DNA of 64,000 nucleotides. It comes from Candidatus Omnitrophota bacterium. Lineage in GTDB: Bacteria > Omnitrophota > Gorgyraeia > 2-01-FULL-45-10. Of this stretch, positions 1 through 9,402 are shown piece by piece (the first letter of the stretch is position 1; each line of letters begins with the position of its first letter). The position numbers and the translations under genes were made by a program. The notes beneath the pieces are model-generated. The model was not told where the DNA came from. It searched no databases and saw only the letters and a list, made by a program, of their open reading frames with translations. Where the stretch lies: contig JAUYOL010000036.1 in NCBI GenBank assembly GCA_030695905.1, positions 118,814 to 182,813 of the forward strand, given 5' to 3'.

Positions 1-667
1 GACTGGTATATATAGCCGCGTACGGCGCCCGGCGTCCGATATCGTCAAAACAATGCCAATTATGCGCTCGGTAAAGATTCATCGGGAGCAGATCCCATGC
101 CGCGATCGGAATTCCGATATCCAGATTCTTGATCAGCGCCGCTCTCTGATTATTTCTTATCATGCCCCCTTCAGAAAACCATAGGCCGGGAACATGCGAA
201 AACTCATTTTTTCCTGATTTCAAAACACCTATCAGGATCTCTAATGTAAGCGGCCCTTCCCCTTCAATAGCAAAATCTACGCTCTCTTCTTCCAATGTCT
301 GCTTGGGCAATGCGGTCGGATGAAGCCCGCCGATAGCCACTTTGACAGCTGTATTGTCCTTTATCGCCTTACAGATCCTGCCGGCAATGGTCATGTTCTG
401 AGTAGACGCTGATGGCTGCGAGCCATATACAATTACGGCAGCTAATAAAGGATTTAGCTTTTTGACTCTTGCCGCCGTTTCTTCTGGGGTAATATTCTCG
501 GCATTAGCATCAATTATCGCGATCGTGTGCTTATTGTTCCTTAAATAGGCGGCTATTACAGCGGCCCAAAACGGAGGCTCGATCGCGGAATAGTCCTGCC
601 CCATATCCTGATAGACCTGTTTCCTATCGCCTGGATTTATCAATACAATATCAATTCTATCAGGCAT
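1..667 (-). CDS. Cobalamin-binding radical SAM protein, N-terminal part only (start ATG at 667, continues off the left edge). The translation MPDRIDIVLINPGD...AVKVAIGGLHPTALP has a B12-binding-domain look
   Basis: Hand translation of the minus strand from 667 gives an open frame to position 1. It contains GG-H-T-x-P, the same motif shared by the other six B12-rSAM genes here. The start overlaps the transketolase-C stop as TAATG. The radical SAM core itself is off-window. Confidence 0.55.
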   Translation of the reverse strand, partial: MPDRIDIVLINPGDRKQVYQDMGQDYSAIEPPFWAAVIAAYLRNNKHTIAIIDANAENITPEETAARVKKLNPLLAAVIVYGSQPSASTQNMTIAGRICKAIKDNTAVKVAIGGLHPTALPKQTLEEESVDFAIEGEGPLTLEILIGVLKSGKNEFSHVPGLWFSEGGMIRNNQRAALIKNLDIGIPIAAWDLLPMNLYRAHNWHCFDDIGRRAPYAAIYTS

Positions 668-1623
668 TAGTGTTGTCCCAATAACGCTTTAACATCTTTT
701 GCGATACTATTTTCACCCAGCTTGTTCAGTTCGTGCAGGTAATCCCTGCTTCCGATATCAAAAACATAGGAATCGTTAAAGCCGATATTTTTTAACCTTA
801 TCGGAGAATTGTTTTTATTTAATAAGTGCAAAATAATGCTGTCAAGCCCGGCCTTGTTAATAAACCCTTCCTCAAGAGTTAAAACATATCTATAATTTTT
901 TAACGCATTAAAGAGCGGGCCTTCATTTAAAGGTTTCAGCATGAAAATATCTATGAGCCCGATATCTATGTCTTCCTGGCTCAATTTTTCTACTACCCGC
1001 AATGCTTTATGGGTCATATATCCCGTAGAAACAAGACATAAATCTGTACTCTTTTTTAATTCACTGAATCCGCTTTCGATATCGGCCTTTTTATAAATTG
1101 AAGGAAGCGGTTTACCGTCAAACCTGAGATACTTTGGCTTTTTCACCTTTATCGAATAGTCCACAAATCTTTCAGTTAGCACCCAGTCGCTTGGAGAGAA
1201 TATTTCTATGTTCGGCAATACCCTCATTATAGAAATATCCTCGAGGCAATGGTGCGTCGGGCCCGAAACATCGTAACTTAAGCCAGCCCCCACCCCGACC
1301 AGATTAACATTTACATCTTTAAGCTGCGACTGCATCGACAGATTGATCCTGATCTGTTCATAGGGGCGCATTGTCAGAAATGGCGCTATGGCATAGGCAT
1401 ATACCGTAAATCCCTCCAACGCTAATCCTGTTGAAATATTGACAAGGTCCTGCTCGGCAATGCCTACATTGATAAACCTGTCTTTAAAAGAGCTTCTTAA
1501 CCTGTCGAGTTTTGGAGAGCCAAAATCAGCACAAACAAAAAATATGCTTTTGTCACTCTCCATGCGGCTAGAGAGTTCTTCAATAAAAACGTCCCGCATT
1601 GTCTTTAAATTTTCTTTTTTCAT
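667..1623 (-). CDS. Transketolase, C-terminal (pyrimidine-binding) subunit of a split transketolase
   Basis: 318 aa. The GIAEQDLV motif and overall pattern are typical of the transketolase C-terminal section. It overlaps the N-terminal subunit gene by 4 nt. Confidence 0.8.
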   Translation of the reverse strand: MKKENLKTMRDVFIEELSSRMESDKSIFFVCADFGSPKLDRLRSSFKDRFINVGIAEQDLVNISTGLALEGFTVYAYAIAPFLTMRPYEQIRINLSMQSQLKDVNVNLVGVGAGLSYDVSGPTHHCLEDISIMRVLPNIEIFSPSDWVLTERFVDYSIKVKKPKYLRFDGKPLPSIYKKADIESGFSELKKSTDLCLVSTGYMTHKALRVVEKLSQEDIDIGLIDIFMLKPLNEGPLFNALKNYRYVLTLEEGFINKAGLDSIILHLLNKNNSPIRLKNIGFNDSYVFDIGSRDYLHELNKLGENSIAKDVKALLGQH

Positions 1624-2453
1624 TCTAACCCGGATACCAACGTATCGACCTCATCGGCCGAAAGATTTTTAATATGGCTTAAAGAATCTGTTTCAAGCCT
1701 GGCCACGCCCTTACCCTTAACGGTATTAGCGATCAAAACCTTTGGCCTCTTATTATCCGTTTCTTTAAAATGCCGCAGAGCATTACAAAGCTCCCCCACA
1801 TCATGGCCATTTACTTTTTTAGCGATCCAGCCAAAGGCCTCGAACTTCTTTTCCAGCGGAGCCAGGTCAATTATATTTTTGCAATAATCCAGCATGCATA
1901 CTTTATTATCATCCACGATAAGTACCAGATTATCCAGCTCATGCTCCGATGCGAACATTACCGCTTCCCATATCGAACCTTCATAGAGTTCTCCATCTCC
2001 GACCAACACAAATACTTTCTCTTTACGTTTCTTTCTTTTCAGGCCCAGGGCCATGCCGCAGCCGACGCCTAAACCATGGCCAAGAGAACCATTGACAGTT
2101 TCAAATCCGGGTATGATAGCATCCGGTATGCCTCCTAAAATGCATCCGGCCTTACAGACATTATTCAGGTATTCCTTAGGAAAAAATCCTAAATCCGCCA
2201 GTACGGGATAAAAAGAAACCGCGCCATGGCCCTTGCTGATTATAAACCTGTCCCTGCCTTCCCACGAAACATTCTTGGGATCAAAACTTATTACCTTGCC
2301 ATAATACAGCACGGCGAATATTTCAACTGCTGAAAGCGAAGAAGCAAGCCTTGTCTCCTGGGCAACCTTATGGATCTTCAGCGTTTCTTTCCTGACCCAT
2401 TCGGATTTTTCTTTCAAAAATTTCAATTTACTATATTTATCTGACATTGCCAT
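1620..2453 (-). CDS. Transketolase, N-terminal (thiamine-diphosphate-binding) subunit
   Basis: 277 aa. ThDP-binding motifs GHGAVSFYP, GSLGHGLGVGCGMALG and VGDGELYEGSIWEA. Confidence 0.8.
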   Translation of the reverse strand: MAMSDKYSKLKFLKEKSEWVRKETLKIHKVAQETRLASSLSAVEIFAVLYYGKVISFDPKNVSWEGRDRFIISKGHGAVSFYPVLADLGFFPKEYLNNVCKAGCILGGIPDAIIPGFETVNGSLGHGLGVGCGMALGLKRKKRKEKVFVLVGDGELYEGSIWEAVMFASEHELDNLVLIVDDNKVCMLDYCKNIIDLAPLEKKFEAFGWIAKKVNGHDVGELCNALRHFKETDNKRPKVLIANTVKGKGVARLETDSLSHIKNLSADEVDTLVSGLE

Positions 2454-3390
2454 ATATGTTGTTGGAGATAATTTTATACCCCTTTATCAGCTCTCTTATT
2501 CCCATATCGAGGGAATGGACCGGTTTAAAACCTGCCTTTTCTATTTTCTCATTTGATACGATATAATCCCGCTTATCGGGATCCTGCCCGACCTGAGATT
2601 CCATATATACAAAATCAGGGATATGTTCTTTTATCTTTGCGCATAGTTCTAACTTTGAAAGATTCGCATCGGACAGGCCGACATTATAAGCCTCATTCTT
2701 CATTTCAGAAAACTTTTCCATTGCATGCATAAAAACGCGCGCCACATCGCGCACATGAATGTAGTTTCTCCTAAAATGGCCCTCAAATACAACTACAAAC
2801 CTGTCATTTACCGCTCTGTAGGTAAAATCATTTACCAGTAAGTCGATCCTCATCCTTGGCGATACGCCAAAAACAGTAGCGAGGCGAAAACTTATTGAAT
2901 TTCCCCTATCAAGGATTATCTTTTCAGCCTCCATCTTCACCCTGCCATACAGGGTAAGCGGGTTTAACGGGCTTTTTTCCGTACAATGTATATCCTTCTG
3001 GCCGATGCCGTAGCCGCTGTTCGTAGTAGGCATGATTATTCTTTGCTCTTTGGATGCAAGTTTTGCGATCAGGCCTATGGCATCTCTGTTTATTGTCACG
3101 GCTCCGGTCTTATCCCTGTTACATAACGGTGCGCCGACCAAAGCTGCAAGCGGAATAATATAATCGGCATCTTTAAGAAGCGGTTTTAACACGGCTTCGT
3201 CTCTGGCGTCCCCTCTTACGACATCAAAGCCTTTATAAGTACAGCAATCCAGTAGCGAGTTTTGGCCATACATGAAATTATCCAACACCGTAATCTTATA
3301 TCCTGACTTTAGCAGCTCTGGAATCAAAGCTGATCCGATGTAACCTGCGCCGCCTGTAACTAAAATACTTTTTCCGGTTTCCTTCACCAT
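2437..3390 (-). CDS. NAD-dependent epimerase/dehydratase (extended SDR)
   Basis: N-terminal Rossmann motif ILVTGGAGYIGS; YGRVK (YxxxK) catalytic motif. Confidence 0.7.
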   Translation of the reverse strand: MVKETGKSILVTGGAGYIGSALIPELLKSGYKITVLDNFMYGQNSLLDCCTYKGFDVVRGDARDEAVLKPLLKDADYIIPLAALVGAPLCNRDKTGAVTINRDAIGLIAKLASKEQRIIMPTTNSGYGIGQKDIHCTEKSPLNPLTLYGRVKMEAEKIILDRGNSISFRLATVFGVSPRMRIDLLVNDFTYRAVNDRFVVVFEGHFRRNYIHVRDVARVFMHAMEKFSEMKNEAYNVGLSDANLSKLELCAKIKEHIPDFVYMESQVGQDPDKRDYIVSNEKIEKAGFKPVHSLDMGIRELIKGYKIISNNIYGNVR

Positions 3391-3420
3391 GGAATAATTC
3401 TCCGTTTGGTTGTTTTGCTT

Positions 3421-4209
3421 TTAAGTATATCTGACAAGAACATCTTCTCTTCTTTTAACCAGCGCCTTTGGGTTTTCTATCAGATCCGTGGCGCTCCAGG
3501 CATCAACGCAATATTGTTTCATATAATCGTAGTTAAAATATCCATAACCGCCATCTCCCCACCTGTCGCCCCATGAATTCTTGAATTTAAACAGCTTCTT
3601 TGGATCATCATATCCGATAACGCATATGGCATGACCACCCTGATATATCTCTTTTTTCTTTGGCATAGGAATCAGCCCTGTTTTGGCGGCCTTTTTTGTA
3701 AACCACGATTCATAGACGTCGACCCCTGCCAAAAATGGGCCATTGATCACAAGGCTTCTTTTCATATCCGGCATGGTCTTTAAGCGGGCATAGGCCATTA
3801 TCTTATATTTTACCGCTGCCTTACCAGAGCCTGTTTTCGGCTTATCTGACTGATGCGGCCGGTACGGCCAGTAATTTTCAGGCGGCGTGCCGTAATTCAA
3901 TAATATTTTCATGGCCACCCTCGGATACGTACCATCCTCTTCAGGGCTGCCATCATATTTTTTGCATAGCTGGTAAAGATATCTAGGTGAAAGCGAAATT
4001 AAATTCTTGTATTCTTTTGTATCCTGATATTCTTTCATGCCGACCACACTCGCGAACGCCACGCAAGTGCCTTCGTCCCCTTGACTTCTAACAGGTGTCA
4101 TGTTTTCAGTATAATCGATGTTGGGCGGCAGTGGAATCGGCGGCAGGACCAAGCCCATCGGAATATCACGCAAATCGCGGGGATCTTTTAAACAGCCTAA
4201 CCTACGCAC
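3421..4209 (-). CDS. Papain-like (C1A) cysteine peptidase domain protein with no signal peptide or prodomain
   Basis: QGDEGTCVAFAS matches the papain Cys motif QGSCGSCWAF. GGHAICVIGYDD supplies the catalytic His and NSWGDRWGDGGYGYF the Asn-Ser-Trp. The N-terminal 40 aa are Pro-rich with no hydrophobic leader. Confidence 0.65.
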   Translation of the reverse strand: MRRLGCLKDPRDLRDIPMGLVLPPIPLPPNIDYTENMTPVRSQGDEGTCVAFASVVGMKEYQDTKEYKNLISLSPRYLYQLCKKYDGSPEEDGTYPRVAMKILLNYGTPPENYWPYRPHQSDKPKTGSGKAAVKYKIMAYARLKTMPDMKRSLVINGPFLAGVDVYESWFTKKAAKTGLIPMPKKKEIYQGGHAICVIGYDDPKKLFKFKNSWGDRWGDGGYGYFNYDYMKQYCVDAWSATDLIENPKALVKRREDVLVRYT

Positions 4210-5503
4210 CTTCCTCCTTAAGGGCTGTCTTTTGAACCGCTATGATCAAACCCATCATAAACCACATTAAATTCGCTAATTGTAAGGCGTAAAAATTAAC
4301 ATCGAAAAAGCTATGCACTAAAAATGCGAATAATCCCGTTAATAACCCTGCCAGGATGCAGCCGTAAAATGTATCTTTAATTTTTCTCACATTTGTAATA
4401 GAGGCCTTGAACAAACTTACTATGACAAAAATGAAAGAAAGTAATCCAACGATCCCTGTCTCAGCCGCCATTTGAAGATAGGAATTGTGGGGATAGATCC
4501 CAGCCTCTAATAGGCCGCTTTTATAACGAGGCGCTACGATAGAATATGCGTTTAACCCGCAACCAAAAACGGGAAAGTCCCTGATGATCAATAGTGCCTC
4601 CCGCCATAGATTGGTCCTGACAATGTCCATATTTTGCATTATCAGGACGAGACTCTGCTTTATAGCAAATACAGGGTCCTGTCCTTCGATAGTCATATGT
4701 ATAAAAAACGGGATAGCGATAAGCGATGCCAGCAATATAAAAACTATGCTGATTAAAAATATTCTATTTTTTTTAACCACCATGTTAACTATCATGAAAA
4801 ATATCGCTGCAAAAGCAAGCCCCGTCCAGGCACCCCTTGACCGCGTCAGTACAAGACACGCCATTAATGCGCTCGATAGGCATATTATCAATACACCGGC
4901 TAAAAACCACAATATAACAGGTATGGCTTTCTTCGGTTTATTGATTATCAGCGCATAAAAGATGCCGTACAATAACGGCAACATTACTATGAGCCACGCA
5001 CCAAAACCGTTGGCACTGGAAAAGGAGGCTGTAATCCTGCCGGCTTGCGGATATTTTCTTAAAAAATCCCCCACTGTTGTCACATATTGAAAAATGCCGT
5101 CTGCGCCTATAAGCAGCATAGACAAGACCATGGTAACCATCACTGCATTCAGCTTTTTTCTATCGTTTATAATCTCTGCTACTATAAAATACAACACCAC
5201 TCCCTTGAGTAGCTTAGAGAAAAATCCTCTTAGGCTTAAAGAAATAGAGGTGCTAAGAAGCACCGATAGAAATGCTGCTATTATAAATAAATATACCGGG
5301 AGATTTAATTTTGTATCAACCGGTTTAAATATTCGTATCAACGAACTCCGCGAATCATAAGATAGCGCCCTATTTAAAATCCATAATGCAAAAGCAACCG
5401 CAATGCATATCTCTACCGCTGATTTTGAAAATGGCAGAGTAAATATCATTACCGATAAAGCTAACACTGTCAGCCAGCTAACCCATTCTCTAACTATCGC
5501 CAT
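4202..5503 (-). CDS. O-antigen ligase/polymerase family membrane protein (Wzy_C-type)
   Basis: About 10 predicted TM helices. YPHNSYLQMAAETGIVGLL matches the Wzy_C (O-antigen ligase) signature H-N-x-Y-L...E-x-G. Confidence 0.6.
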   Translation of the reverse strand: MAIVREWVSWLTVLALSVMIFTLPFSKSAVEICIAVAFALWILNRALSYDSRSSLIRIFKPVDTKLNLPVYLFIIAAFLSVLLSTSISLSLRGFFSKLLKGVVLYFIVAEIINDRKKLNAVMVTMVLSMLLIGADGIFQYVTTVGDFLRKYPQAGRITASFSSANGFGAWLIVMLPLLYGIFYALIINKPKKAIPVILWFLAGVLIICLSSALMACLVLTRSRGAWTGLAFAAIFFMIVNMVVKKNRIFLISIVFILLASLIAIPFFIHMTIEGQDPVFAIKQSLVLIMQNMDIVRTNLWREALLIIRDFPVFGCGLNAYSIVAPRYKSGLLEAGIYPHNSYLQMAAETGIVGLLSFIFVIVSLFKASITNVRKIKDTFYGCILAGLLTGLFAFLVHSFFDVNFYALQLANLMWFMMGLIIAVQKTALKEEGA

Positions 5504-7349
5504 TATATTTTCCGTTCGGCTTGTAAGTAGGCACCATCTCTTTTATTTTGGCTAAGACCTTTTCTTCGTCCATTAAATTAGCCAGTCTTTCCAGTGTCTT
5601 CATGTCTTTGCGCAATTGAAGAGCGTCGAAATTATTTGGTTGCGCAATATAAATCTTATCGTGTTTTGTAGCCTTGTTATGCTCAATGTCCAAAAGCATT
5701 TCCTCCATCATCTTTTCTCCGGGCCTTAAACCGATAAATTTAATCTCTATATCCTTGTCTGGCTCCAGCCCGGACAACGTTATAAGATTTCTTGCAAGAT
5801 CCGCTATTTTTATCTGTTCGCCCATGTCAAGGATGAGCACTTCGCCGCCCTTACCGATAGCGCCTGCCTGCATAACAAGCTGAGCGGCTTCACTTGCCGT
5901 CATAAAAAATCTTTTAACATCGGGATGCGTTACTGTAAGCGGTTTCCCGGCCGCTATCTGCTGCTTGAATATAGGTACCACGCTGCCGCTGGAGCCGATT
6001 ACATTACCGAACCTTACAGCCATGAACTTTGTCCTCGCGGTCTTGGCCTTTGACTGTATCATCATCTCGGCTATCCGTTTTGAGGCCCCCATGGTGCTTG
6101 TAGGATTTACCGCCTTATCCGTAGATATCATTACAAACTTCTCCACTCCGTAATGCTCTGATGCATAAACAAGATTTCTTGTTCCAATGATATTGTTTTT
6201 TATGGCCGCGATGGGATTCCCTTCCATGAGCGGCACATGTTTATGCGCAGCGGAATGAAAAACTATATTAGGCCTATATTTAGAAAATACGCTCTTCAAT
6301 AGCCCTATGTCTTTTATGTCACCGATAATAGTTTTAAATGACATATGGGGATAATTTGCCTTAAGCTCCATCTCTAAAAAATATAAATCGTTCTCGTTTA
6401 AATCATATAATATTAATCGGCCGGGATTAAACTTTGCTATTTGCCGCGACAATTCTGACCCTATAGTGCCGGCAGCGCCTGTTATTAAAACAACTTTGTT
6501 CTTTAATAGAAAGCTTATATCCTGTGTATTTATATTGACAGTTTCCCTGCCCAAGAGATCTTCAGGTCTTACATCTCTTATATGTTTTATCGTTACCTCT
6601 CCGGTTAATATCTTATGAATTTCCGGCATGGTCTTGATCTTCACTTCTGTCTTTTCGCATCTTGAGACGATATCTCTTATTGTTCTACCGCTAGCGGAAG
6701 GCATGGAAATGATCACTTCTGATATATTGTGGTTTTTGATGGTATCTTTTATATCATCGATCTTACCTAAGACTTTTACGCCGTGTATGCGAGAATTTAG
6801 CTTACTTGGGTTGTCGTCGATAAAACCTACCGGCTGATATATTCTTTTTTTTGCATTAATCATCTCACGAACAACCATTTCACCTGATGCGCCGGCTCCT
6901 ATTATAAGAACTCTTTTGAGATTATGGGATTTAAGTTGCCTGAATTTAATCAAAACTCTAGGAGAAAATCTTGAGCTACCAATGAAAAAGAGGCATATCA
7001 GATAATCGATCAATAGTACTGACCGGCTCATCTCTATGCGTTGCGTAAAAAATGCTACCGCAATAAGCGATAAGCTGCCCATCGTCACAGATTTTAATAT
7101 ATTTATTGCTTCGCTTATGCTCGCATAGCGAAATGACCATTGATACATCCCAAAGATAGCAAGTAGAATAATCCTGAGAATGGTTGCCCACATCATAAAA
7201 TACAGGCATGGAGATACAATAATGGCGGTGAGTCGCCAGTCAAATCTGATCGCAAAGGCTAAGAACATCGACAAATTCACTAACACCAGATCGACGGCCA
7301 GCATTATTGGTATTCGTAATCTATCGAATATATCTTCTATATTATGCAT
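5490..7349 (-). CDS. Membrane-anchored NDP-sugar 4,6-dehydratase/epimerase (CapD / PglF / WbpM family)
   Basis: 619 aa. Four N-terminal TM helices followed by two Rossmann domains (LIIGAGASG; VLITGAAGTIGSEL). Length and architecture are typical of PglF/CapD. Confidence 0.8.
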   Translation of the reverse strand: MHNIEDIFDRLRIPIMLAVDLVLVNLSMFLAFAIRFDWRLTAIIVSPCLYFMMWATILRIILLAIFGMYQWSFRYASISEAINILKSVTMGSLSLIAVAFFTQRIEMSRSVLLIDYLICLFFIGSSRFSPRVLIKFRQLKSHNLKRVLIIGAGASGEMVVREMINAKKRIYQPVGFIDDNPSKLNSRIHGVKVLGKIDDIKDTIKNHNISEVIISMPSASGRTIRDIVSRCEKTEVKIKTMPEIHKILTGEVTIKHIRDVRPEDLLGRETVNINTQDISFLLKNKVVLITGAAGTIGSELSRQIAKFNPGRLILYDLNENDLYFLEMELKANYPHMSFKTIIGDIKDIGLLKSVFSKYRPNIVFHSAAHKHVPLMEGNPIAAIKNNIIGTRNLVYASEHYGVEKFVMISTDKAVNPTSTMGASKRIAEMMIQSKAKTARTKFMAVRFGNVIGSSGSVVPIFKQQIAAGKPLTVTHPDVKRFFMTASEAAQLVMQAGAIGKGGEVLILDMGEQIKIADLARNLITLSGLEPDKDIEIKFIGLRPGEKMMEEMLLDIEHNKATKHDKIYIAQPNNFDALQLRKDMKTLERLANLMDEEKVLAKIKEMVPTYKPNGKYNGDS

Positions 7350-7403
7350 TTTGGAGATTATATCCTTTATCAGCTAAATAGTCAATTATAGCACTACAAT
7401 ATA

Positions 7404-7964
7404 TCAGTGGTGCACGCCTTCTCCCTGAATTGATTTGATAATAGTCATAACTAAAATCTTGCCATCCAATAGAAGAGATTTGTTTTTCAGATAATACTCA
7501 TCAAATTCGACCTTAACCGGTATGGGGAGGCTATCTCTTCCGTTAACCTGCGCCCATCCCGTAACCCCCGGGGAAAGCTTATGTATATTTTTTTTAGTCC
7601 TTAACTCTATCAAATCGTACTGGTTAAATAATGCCGGGCGGGGGCCTACAAAAGTCATGTCCCCAGATATTATATTGAACAACTGCGGAAGCTCGTCTAG
7701 ACTAAATTTACGCAAAAATTCACCGAACGGCGTAATATAGTTATCCGGATTTTGAAAGAGATGAGTTGCGACAGTCGGTGCGCCAAGACGCATAGTGCGA
7801 AACTTTGGCATCTTAAATATTTTATTATCAATACCTACCCTATCCGACCAATATAAAGCAGGCCCTTTAGAGGTAAGCTTGATCACCAAACCGATAATGA
7901 GCATTGGGATGCTTAAAATAACTAATAAAAAACCCGCCATTATAAAATCAAAAACGCGTTTCAT
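7404..7964 (-). CDS. Undecaprenyl-phosphate sugar phosphotransferase (small PglC/WbaP-C-terminal-type initiating transferase)
   Basis: 186 aa with a single N-terminal TM. Conserved DELPQLFN and FVGPRP motifs of the bacterial sugar transferase family. Confidence 0.85.
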   Translation of the reverse strand: MKRVFDFIMAGFLLVILSIPMLIIGLVIKLTSKGPALYWSDRVGIDNKIFKMPKFRTMRLGAPTVATHLFQNPDNYITPFGEFLRKFSLDELPQLFNIISGDMTFVGPRPALFNQYDLIELRTKKNIHKLSPGVTGWAQVNGRDSLPIPVKVEFDEYYLKNKSLLLDGKILVMTIIKSIQGEGVHH

Positions 7965-9402
7965 TATGCCTTTTTAATTGTCGCGACAAGCATTTAGAGG
8001 AGATAAACATGCTTGTCATGTGCTTTACGAAAAAATAATTCAACTGCACCCAGTCCACTTTTATGTAGCTATAGAACTTATAGGCATTAAACATTGCTTT
8101 AAAAAGCCTATTACGCGGGAGCCGTATCAGCTTTTTTATTATAGGGATAAGAAAAGGAAACTGCACGGCGATTGCAAACAGATCATGCAGGTTGATAATT
8201 TCATTCTTATGTACTAATTTAAGCGGCGTGGAAGAATGATAATCCGGCTCTATACGATAATCGATATCCAAAAGGCCATTATCGGCCGCAAGTCTGTACA
8301 GCTCTGTCCCGGGATAAGGCTGGATTATAGAGATCCAGCTATAAGCAGGCTTGCATTTTACGTTCAATTCTACCGTTTCAAAAGCATCTGATAATGTCTC
8401 CTTAGGCAAGCCTATCATATTAAATGTTTCGAATTTGATATTATATTTCTTAAGCAAAGCACAGGCTTTAATGATCTGTTCATTGCTCATGGGCCTTTTC
8501 AGCACATCCCTCCTCAACCTTTCGCTGCCTGATTCTATGCCGATAACAACAAGAAAGCATCCGCTGTCCTTCAGTCCTTTGGCTATGCTTTCTGTCACCA
8601 GATCAACTCTGACGTGACAGCAATACGGTAAATTCACATCTTTCTTATATCTTTCAACAAACTCAGAGAACCATCTTTTATCAATTATGAATATATCATC
8701 TACAAAACGGACCGCTTTTATCTTGTACCGGGCTCTTATCATCTTCAGCTCCGCCATCATATTATCTATGTTCCGTTTTCGTACATACGTTCCCTTGCCA
8801 CTGTAGTAATCTTTAAGCTCCTTATTAAAACAATAGGTACAGCTATAAGGGCAGCCCCTGCCGGATATAACGTCCAATACCCCGTAATTTTTGTACTCAT
8901 AATATTCATTGATCAGGCTCCTGTCGGGAAAGGCTATGTTGTTAATATCGGCAAGCGGCCTTATCTCATTTTTTATGATCTGATCATTGACCTTAACGCA
9001 AAGGTTCGGGATCCGGGAAAAATCTTTGCGATCATTGATATTACGCAGTAATTCCATAAAAGCATCTTCTCCTTCGCCCCTACAGATAATATCTACGCCT
9101 GGTTCTTTAATAAATTCCGGGTAAAAAGTGGGATGCGGGCCGCCGAACACAGATAAAAAAGAGATTCTTTTTTTCAGCAAAGTATTAATCTTAAGGTATC
9201 TCTTTTCGGTGCCGGTAGTCACTGAATAGCAAATGACATCCGGACGGAATGCAACCGCTTTGTTTAAATATTTTCTATCCAGGTTCGGTATGAGCAACGA
9301 TGTTTCATGGCCTTCGTTTTTGGCGACAGAGATGAGATATAATAATCCTAACGGATCTCTGATGTCTGCGCTTGGTTTTAGATAAATAAATAATACTCTC
9401 AT
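7948..9402 (-). CDS. Cobalamin-binding (class B) radical SAM enzyme
   Basis: N-terminal B12-binding domain (VFGGPHPTFYPE). The radical SAM cluster motif CPYSCTYC (CxxxCxxC) lies in GRGCPYSCTYCFN. Confidence 0.8.
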   Translation of the reverse strand: MRVLFIYLKPSADIRDPLGLLYLISVAKNEGHETSLLIPNLDRKYLNKAVAFRPDVICYSVTTGTEKRYLKINTLLKKRISFLSVFGGPHPTFYPEFIKEPGVDIICRGEGEDAFMELLRNINDRKDFSRIPNLCVKVNDQIIKNEIRPLADINNIAFPDRSLINEYYEYKNYGVLDVISGRGCPYSCTYCFNKELKDYYSGKGTYVRKRNIDNMMAELKMIRARYKIKAVRFVDDIFIIDKRWFSEFVERYKKDVNLPYCCHVRVDLVTESIAKGLKDSGCFLVVIGIESGSERLRRDVLKRPMSNEQIIKACALLKKYNIKFETFNMIGLPKETLSDAFETVELNVKCKPAYSWISIIQPYPGTELYRLAADNGLLDIDYRIEPDYHSSTPLKLVHKNEIINLHDLFAIAVQFPFLIPIIKKLIRLPRNRLFKAMFNAYKFYSYIKVDWVQLNYFFVKHMTSMFISSKCLSRQLKRHNETRF

